Positions 1-9,773 of a DNA stretch of 64,000 nucleotides are shown piece by piece. The position numbers and the translations under genes were made by a program. How positions within the stretch are numbered: the first letter of the stretch is position 1; the number at the start of each line of letters is the position of its first letter. The stretch is taken from the IMG/VR virus record IMGVR_UViG_3300046169_000069, one strand, 5' to 3'. Under the pieces are notes generated by a model. It was given only the letters and a program-made list of their open reading frames with translations. It did no database searches and was not told the DNA's origin. The DNA is from a virus.

Positions 1-1891
1 TCTCTTCTTGGCCATCCAGATGCCACGATCCGCAATCACCTCTCGTTCCATGACCATACGTTGATCATACGCACCTGTCACATCAGCAAGTTGTTGATAG
101 GCCTTGTTTAGAACTGGCTCAAAGTGATCGTTGCAGATGTTATCCAGAAACTTTACAGGATTCTTGGGACTGAACTTATCAACAAGACCCCCCATCCTAA
201 TATAAACAGAATCGGTGTCAATCGCCACAACATAGTCTTCATCGGTCCCTAGTATCTTCTGCATCTCATTGTTTACAGCTCTCTCCGCCCATTTAATCAC
301 CAACTGACCAGCAGCAGTAATTGACTCGGCGACTCTCTGATCAAAGTAACGGAACCACTTGTTACCCAATGCACCATAAAGAGAGTTCATCAAAATCTTA
401 ATGGCCATCTGTTGGTTGTTAAGAGAGGCAATTCGGTACTCTAATTGTTTAGAGGGATTCTTCTGCAGTTCTTTCTCGGCATCTAACATCTCGCGTTTTA
501 TCACTTTACGTTCGGCCGAGTATTGTTCAATAATTGTAGGGACAACACCTTTGCGATCGTGGGAGAATCGGACGCCCGTAGGCGCAAGAGAGAACCCTTC
601 ACCGTCAATGACACAACTACCATCCAAGAAACTATCCACACTTGCCCTCACGTCCAGACCATCTATAACGGTCTCTGGCGACATGTTGTACTGTACGATG
701 ATGTTTGGATATAGAGAGTTTAAGTCAAAAGAGGTGACCCAGTCGTGCGAACCTACCTGCGGATCTTTTACATAACCGCCGGGATATGGTGTTTTAGGTT
801 TCTCCGTCTTGGGGGGCACAACAATCTTTTGTTCTGTCAACATACGATAGATGATGCAGTCCCAGATATTAGTAGTGCCCAGAGTGTCGTTATAGTTCAC
901 TCCTGCCTTATAAGCCATCGTGAGGATCAGTGAGATCAGATCAAGTTTCTCATCAATCTTATGTACCAACTCCACGTCTTTAATGTTATAGTCAATGAAC
1001 TTTTGATAGTCCTCTTTATACAAAGTGAAAAGGTTACCATGTTCTTCGTAAGAGAGTTTGCGTTCTCCAAGAACAACGTGCGCAATGTGGTCAAGACGAT
1101 ACGATTCTTGTTGGCCTAAAGTGTTGTAAGTAAACTTCCGAAAGACCTCAAGATAATCCAGTTGTTCAACGCCTTCAATGATGTATTCTTGATTCTCCTT
1201 GCCATTAATCTTGGTCTTACGTTCACGCACTGCGCCCCAAGGCGAGAGTCGTTTTAGTAACGTGTCGTCACCAAATAGTTTAACACAACGGTTGATGATG
1301 TAAGGCATATCAAAGAATCGGGTGTTCCACCCAGTGATGACATCGGGAGAGTAACGCTGGAAGTGATCTACGAACTTGCGGACCAGATCAATCTCATTGT
1401 CGCACTTGATGAACAGAACATCCTCACGCGTAGGCGTGTAGTCATTAAGACCCCAGACCCAGTAGTTACCATCGTTCTTACGAATGGCGATTGAGATAAT
1501 TGGGTGCGCAGCTTCAGCCGGTTCGGGGAACCCTTGATCGGACGCCACCTCAATATCAATATTTAAAACGCGGACCAAGTCGCGGTCATACTTGATCTTA
1601 TTAGGAAAATTCTCTGCAATAAATTGTGCAGTATAATTGGTGTTTCCATAAACTTTGAAGTTGGAGACATCAGCATATTTTTTGTTAAACTCTGTCGCCT
1701 CTGGCATAGAGTCAAACTGTACTTCTACAACAGAAGTGCCCTCCAGAGTTTTCCACTCAGATGGGGCTGTCGCCGGTCACGTAAAGTTTGGGTTTAAATG
1801 GAATGCGCAACTTGACTTGCTTGCCGTTGTCATATCCACGATAAAGAATGTTGCTGCCCATACGCAGCACAGAGGTATAAAATTTAGTCAT
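1..1891 (-). CDS. gp43: T4-like family B DNA polymerase, 5' part (runs off window start; one frameshift near 1763)
   Basis: Manual translation: MTKFYTSV...RGY, ExoI DIEV, ExoII ITGWNTRFFD, SFDLNSLYP, KILMNSLYGA, AIDTDSVY. A CCCC run near 1763 breaks the frame. Confidence 0.95.
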
Positions 1892-1898
1892 GTGGTGA

Positions 1899-1927
1899 AT
1901 TATACACCCAAATTATGCGTATGTCAA
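1899..1927 (-). promoter_or_regulatory. sigma70-type promoter for gp43
   Basis: TTGACA (1927-1922), 17 nt, TATAAT (1904-1899). Confidence 0.8.
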
Positions 1928-2733
1928 TCAATAACGTGAAAAAATTTATGTCTATTCCAAGGTTCCTGTATCTTTTTATCACTATATCCATGATGATCCT
2001 GTGTGACTGAAAGGCGTTTTGAAATCACCTGTGTCGTCGGTGTAGGGATTCCTGTCATATGACGATCAGGATAATTAAAATAAATCCCGATATCTCGACC
2101 AACACCTATAGTATCACATTTGGTCCAAGGATGTAAAGCGGTATTTTTGATTCCATAATAATTAATTTCTGGTAGTTCTAGATGACGTGTAGTGTATGTT
2201 CTGAAAAGACGTTGCATCACACAATAGGGCCCACAGTTGATAGGAAATGCATTGTTCAAGAGCATGTGGTATCCCCAGTGCGCAAATCTTTGATCCATGC
2301 AATACATACCCATGAACAGTCCTATATTCGCGTAGAGCGTGTTCTCTGCGTACTCAGCGAGTAGTTTAAAGGATTCATACCTCTCTTCCACCAACCAAGT
2401 GTCATGTTCCATGATCCAGAACTTTTCTTCTGACTCGCCCTGTTGGCGCATCAAATCCCAGTGAGAACACATCCCAGCCTTCTCTGTAGGGGAGTGGTCA
2501 TCTTTTTCTTTGCCTGATAATGTGTCTAAAGTCATAAGACTTTTAGACCAAACATACTTATCTACATGTTCTTGAAACGTATCAGATTGTGGGGTGATTG
2601 CGTCAAAGGTTTCAATAGAGTCGATGTAACCTTCGTCGATAGCGCGTTGGAAAGACTGACGGGAGAGTTCTGCGTACTCTTCAGACCGTTCGTCTCCTTT
2701 CATAACAATTTGTATTGCTTTCATATGACTCAC
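1924..2733 (-). CDS. Glycosyltransferase family 25-like protein (start probably ATG at 2724)
   Basis: FDAITP, then E-K-A-G-M-C-S-H-W-D-L, then FWIMEHD resemble the GT25 motifs (F.AVD, E.GC..SH..LW, ILEDD). Confidence 0.55.
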   Translation of the reverse strand: MSHMKAIQIVMKGDERSEEYAELSRQSFQRAIDEGYIDSIETFDAITPQSDTFQEHVDKYVWSKSLMTLDTLSGKEKDDHSPTEKAGMCSHWDLMRQQGESEEKFWIMEHDTWLVEERYESFKLLAEYAENTLYANIGLFMGMYCMDQRFAHWGYHMLLNNAFPINCGPYCVMQRLFRTYTTRHLELPEINYYGIKNTALHPWTKCDTIGVGRDIGIYFNYPDRHMTGIPTPTTQVISKRLSVTQDHHGYSDKKIQEPWNRHKFFHVID

Positions 2734-2759
2734 AAAAAAGGGGGATGTTACTCCCCCTT
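2734..2759 (-). terminator. Intrinsic terminator after hsp20 and small ORF
   Basis: GGGGGA-GTAACA-TCCCCC followed by T6 on the minus strand. Confidence 0.8.
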
Positions 2760-2764
2760 ATTTA

Positions 2765-2872
2765 TTACATTAGTTGTTGGACACAGACGGCTACCACGAA
2801 TACACTTGATAGTCCTGCGAACATCCAACCCATCTCCTCTAACCTAGAGTTGGCTCGGTTGCTCTTCTCCAT
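2765..2872 (-). CDS. 35-aa small membrane protein, not in ORF track (MEKSNRANSRLEEMGWMFAGLSSVFVVAVCVQQLM)
   Basis: GAGGAG RBS upstream of ATG, a hydrophobic C-terminal helix, and a stop just before the terminator. Confidence 0.55.
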   Translation of the reverse strand: MEKSNRANSRLEEMGWMFAGLSSVFVVAVCVQQLM

Positions 2873-3329
2873 TGTTGCTCTCCTCGTTTAAAAGTTGCGG
2901 GGTCGATTGATAAGTGACACCCGAATTAATTGTTACTTTACGAGGCTTCTGACTTTCAGGGATTATTACCTCCAATTGGATGGCAAGTAACCCGTTCCTG
3001 AAATCAGCTCCCATTACTTCAACATACTCCGACAGACGGAACTGACGTTCAAATCTCTTCGTCGAAATGCCTTTATGAATATACTCTCTAGTGTCGTTTA
3101 CAGACCCTCGAATGCTAAGTGTACGGTTCTTTACTTCGATCTCGAGTTCGTCTTCCGTGAATCCGGCGACTGCTAACTCGATTAGGTATTGATCCTCTCC
3201 CGTCTTTAGAATGTTATGCGGGGGGAACGTATCACCCGAGTGTCGTGCGACTCTATCCAATTCGTCGATCATAGTATCAAATCCGACGAATGCTGAACGT
3301 GGGAACAGTTGTTTTGCTGTTAATGTCAT
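2844..3329 (-). CDS. hsp20: Small heat-shock protein (Hsp20/IbpA family)
   Basis: FPPHNI...YLIELAVAGF...YIHKGISTKRFERQFRLSEYVEV.GADFRNGLLAIQL...IPE..KPRK is the alpha-crystallin/IbpA signature. Confidence 0.95.
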   Translation of the reverse strand: MTLTAKQLFPRSAFVGFDTMIDELDRVARHSGDTFPPHNILKTGEDQYLIELAVAGFTEDELEIEVKNRTLSIRGSVNDTREYIHKGISTKRFERQFRLSEYVEVMGADFRNGLLAIQLEVIIPESQKPRKVTINSGVTYQSTPQLLNEESNNGEEQPSQL

Positions 3330-3390
3330 GTTGTGACTCCTTAAAATTAAGCAAGTTTAAAAGAGTGCCCGAAACATTCGGCACACTCGT
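3330..3390 (-). promoter_or_regulatory. ROSE-like RNA thermometer in hsp20 5' UTR
   Basis: ACUUGCUUAAUUUUAAGGAGU hairpin in which UUGCU with a bulged G pairs with the AGGAG SD, plus an upstream GAGUG..CCGAA/UUCGG..CACUC stem. Confidence 0.65.
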
Positions 3391-3442
3391 TACTATATAT
3401 ACGAGTTATGATACTAAAAGTAACATATAATTTGTGAATATG

Positions 3443-3691
3443 TCACGCAAAAGGATCATAGTCGTCATCATCTATCTCTATAATAGGGACAGAATCATCA
3501 ACCAACACAACCCTTTCATTTTCGATCATGTCGATGATTTCTTTTGTGACCTTGATGTCCATTTCTATGAACGCTTGCTTCTGCAAGCACATGTCCAAGT
3601 GTCTGTAATAAAAATCTAATTCTTTTTCTTTCTCTAATTTCTTTTTAGCTACTTCAGAAAACGAAACAATGTTGTTTTTGTTATCTGTCAT
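3443..3691 (-). CDS. Hypothetical protein, acidic C-terminus
   Basis: 82-aa ORF with AGGA RBS, co-oriented with neighbours. Confidence 0.7.
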   Translation of the reverse strand: MTDNKNNIVSFSEVAKKKLEKEKELDFYYRHLDMCLQKQAFIEMDIKVTKEIIDMIENERVVLVDDSVPIIEIDDDDYDPFA

Positions 3692-3700
3692 ATCTTGTCC

Positions 3701-4240
3701 TTAGTAGTACATTGACGGATCTGGGCTTCCTTCTACCCCGAATGAGAATGATACTCGCGAAACTTTAGGAAACACTTGATGGTGAGTTCCTCTAGGCAAA
3801 TACACATACATGCCTGGCTCAAAGTCAAACGGTTCATTATTGTTTATGCCTTCTACTTTTAGACCGACCGTACTAATAACCTGAACTAAGAACACATCCA
3901 TAGAATCTTTGTGCCATGGATAAGATCCGCTTGCACGACCAAAACCACTAAACGCAATGTTCGTGATTTTGTTTGCGTGAAGCGCGAAGACATCCTGCAT
4001 TTCTTCATAGATCTTTTTCGCAAAGTCCGGTGCACTACCGCGACTATGAAACGAATTTAATCCTATACGCATTTTGTCTGAGTTGCGATCGTAGAGATCA
4101 TTCGGATGCGAGTCCATCATTTGCATGTACTCATTCCAATTATAGGTCTCTTCCATATCAAACGGCAAGTTTCCTATGAATGGTGTTTTGGTCCGAATGT
4201 TCTCATCACGATCGTCAAAAATACCATAATATTCTGACAT
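3701..4240 (-). CDS. JmjC/cupin-4-like Fe(II)/2OG oxygenase
   Basis: WHKD..DVFLVQ and FEPGMYVYLPRGTHH give the HxD...H triad in a JmjC-type context. Confidence 0.75.
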   Translation of the reverse strand: MSEYYGIFDDRDENIRTKTPFIGNLPFDMEETYNWNEYMQMMDSHPNDLYDRNSDKMRIGLNSFHSRGSAPDFAKKIYEEMQDVFALHANKITNIAFSGFGRASGSYPWHKDSMDVFLVQVISTVGLKVEGINNNEPFDFEPGMYVYLPRGTHHQVFPKVSRVSFSFGVEGSPDPSMYY

Positions 4241-4242
4241 TA

Positions 4243-4653
4243 TCAGTTGTTTCCAATATTATACTTCGGTTGCAAGTTCCAGTTGGACTTGTCTTTGTAT
4301 GAGATGATCTTGATCTGTCTCATCGGAGCACAGTCAAGTGCAACGTCTTTATTAACTATTGCAACTAAGCCCCAATCTGCAAGCAGAGTGGCGATAGTGT
4401 TACGTCGTTCCATGTCTGAAACTTCTAGATTAGATTTCTTGCCGTCCAACAAGAACAACTCCTTAAAATGGACGATAAAGTACCTACCCTGCTTGTGCAA
4501 GATATGGCATGATTGGAATAGGGTATTATCTCTACGCGAAGCAACCCCTATACGCGTTAGTGTTTCTCTGACCTTTAAAAAGTCATCTGGTTCTGCCAAC
4601 GTGATTTCTAACATCATGTCGGAGTTCCATTGAACTAGATTATTCTCTTCCAC
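4243..4653 (-). CDS. regA: Translational repressor RegA
   Basis: PDDFLKVRETLTRIGVAS...LFQSCHILHKQGRYFIVHFKELFLLDG. Confidence 0.97.
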   Translation of the reverse strand: MEENNLVQWNSDMMLEITLAEPDDFLKVRETLTRIGVASRRDNTLFQSCHILHKQGRYFIVHFKELFLLDGKKSNLEVSDMERRNTIATLLADWGLVAIVNKDVALDCAPMRQIKIISYKDKSNWNLQPKYNIGNN

Positions 4654-5050
4654 CTCTGGATACCTTATTTTTGATAGTTTTTATTTGTGATTCTGTCAAG
4701 AGCCCAATAATTTGTTTCGCTTTTGATTCACTATACCCAAAATATTCCTTAATACACTCCAAGTCGTCTCGTTGTTCAGGCTGCTTATCCCATTTAGAGA
4801 ATCGTTTCTTCTTACGTACAATATTTATAAGAAAGTCGTATTGCATCTTCGCATCTAGATGATGTAATCTGTTCATTTCATTCGACATAATTACAGTATC
4901 TGGAAAATATGATAAAGACCTGTTTACGAGAAACGAGTTATATTTAGTCTCCACGTCCTCATCTTTGTCCATAAGATTAATTTTTGTGTTATTAATACTG
5001 GTCACAAACTCAAATGGACTCATGCTTTGATCTCTACGTTTGCCATACAT
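4640..5050 (-). CDS. gp62: Clamp loader small subunit (likely start ATG 5023)
   Basis: YNSFLVNRSLSYFPDT...QYDFLINIVRKKKRFSKW...IKEYFGYSESKA; lies between gp44 and regA. Confidence 0.93.
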   Translation of the reverse strand: MYGKRRDQSMSPFEFVTSINNTKINLMDKDEDVETKYNSFLVNRSLSYFPDTVIMSNEMNRLHHLDAKMQYDFLINIVRKKKRFSKWDKQPEQRDDLECIKEYFGYSESKAKQIIGLLTESQIKTIKNKVSRGGRE

Positions 5051-5964
5051 TCAGTGAGACAAGCAACTAAATTCAACTCATGGTCCGCAACAAACGCATT
5101 CTTGTACTGATAGTCAGCCAGAATGAGAACCAACTGAGGTATACTATTCGGGTCAACATGATCATACATCCTATCATATAAACCACGAAATATCGCCGTG
5201 GGTTCTAGATCAAGATTGTTGACAACCCAAGATCGCATCTTCTTAAAGTTTTTGTCGCGTAAAGAAGTAAACAACTGCGTGTATGTGTCGGAGATATCGG
5301 TCTGTTTATCGGGAACGGTGTTGAGTGTTCCTGATATTGTTCCGCGCTGACATTCATTAAGAACACGTCGCCAGTCTGGAGCATGTTTCATAATGATCTG
5401 CGCAACGACCGATTTCTCATACTCAACGTTTTCAGATTTTAGAATATCAACAACCCGTGACATGAAGTCGCCACAGAGCTCCGGAAGATCAGTCTTACTA
5501 AAGTTAAACGAATACTTGGAACATCGCGAGTGGAGAGGTTCAATAATACGATTCTCAAAGTTGCACGTCATAATGAAACGACAGTTCTTTGAGAACTCTT
5601 CAATAAACCCACGCAACGCGGGCTGTGTGGACTGTGGATTGAGATAGTCCGCCTCATCTAGGATAACAACCTTGTACCCACCAGACAGGGACACCGAAGA
5701 GGCAAACTGCTTGATCTTCCCGCGTAGGGTGTCAATATTGCCTTCTTCTGATCCGTTGATTACGATGTAGTCAAGATCCAACTCATCACAGATAGCTTTG
5801 GCAACAGTAGTTTTACCCGTACCTGCACTCCCTGCAAACATCATATTAGGCAGTTCTCCGCCTTTAACGATGTTTTGAAAAGTTGTTTTTAACTCCGCAG
5901 GCAGAATAGTCTGCGACACAGCGGTGGGACGGTATTTTTCAACCCAGAGAAATTCATTACTCAT
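5020..5964 (-). CDS. gp44: Clamp loader large subunit (AAA+)
   Basis: LWVEKYRP, Walker A GSAGTGKT, ILDEAD, SRC motif. Confidence 0.97.
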   Translation of the reverse strand: MSNEFLWVEKYRPTAVSQTILPAELKTTFQNIVKGGELPNMMFAGSAGTGKTTVAKAICDELDLDYIVINGSEEGNIDTLRGKIKQFASSVSLSGGYKVVILDEADYLNPQSTQPALRGFIEEFSKNCRFIMTCNFENRIIEPLHSRCSKYSFNFSKTDLPELCGDFMSRVVDILKSENVEYEKSVVAQIIMKHAPDWRRVLNECQRGTISGTLNTVPDKQTDISDTYTQLFTSLRDKNFKKMRSWVVNNLDLEPTAIFRGLYDRMYDHVDPNSIPQLVLILADYQYKNAFVADHELNLVACLTECMANVEIKA

Positions 5965-5999
5965 TCGTACCTCATAATATAATAAAAGTTGTAGGGAGT

Positions 6000-6028
6000 A
6001 TTATACTACATTTCTCCCTTCAAGTAAA
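6000..6028 (-). promoter_or_regulatory. sigma70-type promoter for gp44
   Basis: TTTACT, 17 nt, TATAAT. Confidence 0.6.
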
Positions 6029-6104
6029 CCTCTCGCATAATTTATTTATGCGATTACAGTTAATAATGTCAATTAATTTTTACAATGTGAACAATCAATA
6101 AAGA

Positions 6105-6699
6105 TTATATGCGTTCATCCGCATAAGCGTGATTGACTTTGGCGTGGTGCATTTCATCACGACGGACACAAACAATCATATCAGAGAGCATTGCACCCTC
6201 TTCAAGATCTACGTAATAGTCAATGGCAATTTGTGGGAGCAGGAACATCCTCAATCTCCCCTGCAGATATTAGTGCCAAGTAACTGGTGTAACTATTTAC
6301 AGCCTCTTCTTCAAAGTACCCAGTCATGCGATGCGCAGTACGGGGAAACAACATATACATCAAAAGATAATAATGCCAGAAGATAAACTGAACAAAAATA
6401 ATGAGAACCCTCTCTAGAACAGAAGGATGAACTATTTCCATAAAGAACATTAAGTGCTTGCGTTCATTAGTGGCTTCGTCTAACAGTTCTTGGATCTTGG
6501 TGCCGTTACCCTTCTGTAGTCTGCGTAGACTATACAAGTGGGTTAACATTCCGCCAACCATGCCCGGCACTCCAGCAACTGTCTCTAAAATGAGAGCGCG
6601 TTTGCCATAGTTTCGCCGGAAGAACGTGTCTGCAAAAAACCTAAAGAAAGAGGTCATTGATCTTGCAAACACATCTGACATTTTTGTAGTGATATTCAC
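6105..6699 (-). CDS. aox: Alternative oxidase (di-iron ubiquinol oxidase); frameshift near 6232
   Basis: LETVAGVPGMVGG, EATNERKHLM, GYFEEEAV.SY; the other frame continues PAPQIAIDYY...VRRDEMHH..VNH to TAA at 6105. Confidence 0.92.
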
Positions 6700-6713
6700 G
6701 GAATCTCCGAAGA

Positions 6714-6779
<66 letters not shown>

Positions 6780-6789
<10 letters not shown>

Positions 6790-7028
6790 ATGTTCTGTTT
6801 CAGTTTTTCCTTACTTCTTTCTGTAAGGGACCTTACTATGTATATGCGAGTGAACGCTACAAACGATATTCCAACAGTAAGAATTGTGGACAGAGTTAAA
6901 GGATCCGTAATTCCCCACTTAACAACCGCTAGCCATGTGTAGAAGATGTTAAGTGGGTAATTGATGACCGTCCCAAGAGCAACGTGGATAGATGTTTCTT
7001 TTGCAATCAGGGGATCATATAGTTTCAT
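6780..7028 (-). CDS. Small two-helix membrane protein; stop overlaps the tRNA 5' end
   Basis: 82 aa with two hydrophobic segments. Confidence 0.6.
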
Positions 7029-7035
7029 AAAAAAG

Positions 7036-7099
7036 GGGTTCGTGGGTATATAAACATTATAAAAAAATCATTCGCAGGCAACAGGTCACCCACGAACCC
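7036..7099 (-). other. 12-bp perfect inverted repeat with 40-nt spacer, followed by T-tract (terminator-like or structured RNA)
   Basis: GGGTTCGTGGGT (7036-7047) and ACCCACGAACCC (7088-7099). Confidence 0.6.
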
Positions 7100-7106
7100 A
7101 AACTGG

Positions 7107-7310
7107 TTACTCGGCAGATTCTTCTGCCTGTTGTTGCGTGAGAGTCTCGTAAAGAGCCACAACCTGAATTGCTTGGTCACGCAACTGTCCGATAGTAGTG
7201 AGTTCTTCGCCTTTGAAACCGCCACGAGTGACGACGGTATCTACAACCGCGACACAGGAACGTGACACGCGATTTGCAAGTTCGTTAAATGTTGTTTGTT
7301 CTTCAGTCAT
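7107..7310 (-). CDS. Hypothetical protein downstream of gp45
   Basis: MTEEQ start with a GGAG RBS at the end of gp45; VVDTVVTRGGFKGEELTTIGQLRD. Confidence 0.75.
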   Translation of the reverse strand: MTEEQTTFNELANRVSRSCVAVVDTVVTRGGFKGEELTTIGQLRDQAIQVVALYETLTQQQAEESAE

Positions 7311-7311
7311 G

Positions 7312-7989
7312 TTAAGCTCCGTATGTTGATGACTTTTCAAGTGCAATGAAATATTGCGTGTTAGAATTAATTGATCGGAAGTGTGAGATCAACTTAGTTG
7401 AGACCGACACCTCATAGTCTTCTCCCAACAACTTCATGTTACCCACACCCATAACAAAGTTGAAGTCTGCGTCCACAGGGAACTGACCTTCAACCAAGAT
7501 AGAGTATGAGTTTGAGGTGGAATCGTTGGTATCGATCACAGACACTTCAATAGAGTTCCCATTGGGACGGATTGATATGTTGTCATATCCAAGAGCAGAC
7601 GACGCACGTTTGATCTTACTTAGTGTCTCGTTTGTGAGTATAAATTTGACCTCACACTCAGGCATCACGATATCTTTCTTGGGTGCAGAAAGCATCTCTG
7701 GATCAGAGTAGAAGTACTTAACCGAAGAAAGGCCACTGCCATCGGACACGGTGCAGAAGTTATCTCCGAAAGTAATTGAAGGATTGTCTACGAGAGACAA
7801 CACAGACAAGAATTCTGACAGATCATAAATTCCAAATGTGTTCGGGAAGTTTTCTTCGATCTCAGCACGAGATACGATGTTTTTTGCGATAGACATAGTC
7901 TTCAAGACGTTACCGCCATTGACTACAATGTTTGGATTGATAGTCGAGAAGTTACGCAAGATCTCGACCGTGCGACTAGATAGTTCCAT
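7312..7989 (-). CDS. gp45: Sliding clamp
   Basis: MELS..T..IL.NFSTINPNI...FGIYDLSEFL...YFIALE. Confidence 0.95.
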   Translation of the reverse strand: MELSSRTVEILRNFSTINPNIVVNGGNVLKTMSIAKNIVSRAEIEENFPNTFGIYDLSEFLSVLSLVDNPSITFGDNFCTVSDGSGLSSVKYFYSDPEMLSAPKKDIVMPECEVKFILTNETLSKIKRASSALGYDNISIRPNGNSIEVSVIDTNDSTSNSYSILVEGQFPVDADFNFVMGVGNMKLLGEDYEVSVSTKLISHFRSINSNTQYFIALEKSSTYGA

Positions 7990-8018
7990 TAGGTCTTTCC
8001 TCAGTTAATATGTTGCAC

Positions 8019-8048
8019 ATTATATAACACTTTACACCCACTTGTCAA
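8019..8048 (-). promoter_or_regulatory. sigma70-type promoter for gp45
   Basis: TTGACA, 18 nt, TATAAT. Confidence 0.7.
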
Positions 8049-9773
8049 GTGGTTTCTCTCATTCGACTGAAGTTTTTGTCCTTAACAAACGTAAGCTTGC
8101 GTTCGAAGTGGGCATCTTCAAGTTCAGTCTTGTGTGAGATTACAAACACATTAGTGTCTTCTTTTAATGTGTCAATAATCTTCATAAGGTTGTCGACACC
8201 CTCCCCATCGAGAGACGAATCAAAAGTCTCATCAAGGATCAACAGGTTGGTCGACACAGAATTTTTCATCTTGGCTATTTGTCGCCAAGTGAATAGTAGG
8301 GACAAATCGATACGTTGTTTCTCACCCTCGGAGAAAGAATCATATGAGAACGTGTCGCGGTAACGTGACCGGATAGTCTCACTGAAAGCTATCGTCCAAC
8401 TCAAAGTGGACAAAGAAATCTAGAATCTGTAAGTACTTGTTGGTCAACTCATTAATGACCGGAATGTACTGTCGGATAATCTTGGTCTTAATACCAGTAT
8501 CTCGCAGTAACTCACTTGCAATACGATTGTACGAAGATCTTTCGGTCAATTTAAATTTATCATCGGTCAACCCGTGTAATTCAGAGTCCAACGTAGTTAG
8601 ATCCGTATTAGCTTTGGCCCATATCACCATCGCTGTCAACCATGTTCTGCAAGTCTTGTTGAATCTTACCGATGGATCGTTGTAGACGACCGATAGTTTG
8701 ATTGTTGTTGTTCAGCGTATTCTGATCTGCAAGACAACTGGCCATCTGTTCTTCTAAGAGATCAATCTCTTCTTGATATTGTTTCTGTTGAACCTCAGCT
8801 TTATCCATCGCAGACTTCAGTTCTTTTGCCTTAGAGGTCGCAGCGTCTTTCTTACTCTTGCGCAAGTCTTCTGCGATATCCTGATCACATGTAGGACACA
8901 CCTCATTATCGTCAAAGAACTTAGCCTCTTTGACCACAGACTTTACCTTGCGACTTAAACTGGGCATAGTATTCGTCTAACTTACTCTTGTTGGTACGTA
9001 TATTGCATAAACTATCTGTGATGGTTGGCATCAAATTATTGACGGTTTCGGATAGTCCTCTCATTCGCAAGATTGAGTTCCGCAATCTCTGACTGGAGAT
9101 CTGCAATATCCTTCTCCTTGTCTTTGCGCTGTTGAGTGTTAATAGCAGTGAGGTCACGAATGTACTTCTTTTGAGAAGATATACGTGTCTTAACCATTTC
9201 AATGGAATGGTTGTTGTTCTCGAGCTCGCCTTTGAGGAGAGAGGTTTTCTCCTTGAGTATCACATTCATTTTAGAAAATATGTTAATATCAAGAAGGTCT
9301 TCTATCACGTCACGCCGAGAGGTTGAGTTGAGTTGCATGAACGGGATAAAAGATGACGAACCGAGAACAACAATTTGGTGGAAACTCTTGTGAGACATCT
9401 GTAGGATGTTCTTCTCAAGAATCTCTTGGTATTCTCGTGCGTGTGAGCTCTGGTTGATCATACTACCATCTTTCCAGATCTCAAACTTAGCGGGTTTAAT
9501 GCCACGTAAGATGCGGTAGTTAATACCGTTAACAGTAAAGGTCACCTCAGTCACACAATCTTTATTATTGATCGTGTTGATCAATTGATTCTTAGTGATC
9601 TTACGGTGTGCTTTACCAAACAATGCAAACGATAGTGCGTCAAGCATTGTGGACTTACCTGCACCGTTCTCACCCACAATAAGATTAGTAGAACGGTCTA
9701 GGAAGTTAATATCGTTAAAATAGTTGCCTGTCGAAAGAAAGTTCTTCCAACGCAATGTTTCAAATTTAATCAT
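8045..9773 (-). CDS. gp46: Recombination ATPase (Rad50/SbcC-like), split by about four frameshifts
   Basis: GENGAGKST, CPTC zinc hook, FSEGEKQRIDL, LILDETFD and FVISH are distributed over five consecutive ORF pieces. Confidence 0.93.

Noticed and set aside
6105-6699. PTOX and a cyanophage assignment
   Set aside because: The motifs match AOX, and no photosynthesis or other cyanobacterial auxiliary genes appear in the window.
8045-9773. Programmed frameshifting or pseudogenisation of gp46 and other core genes
   Set aside because: There are too many breaks in essential genes, no consistent slippery motif, and the catalytic motifs are intact.
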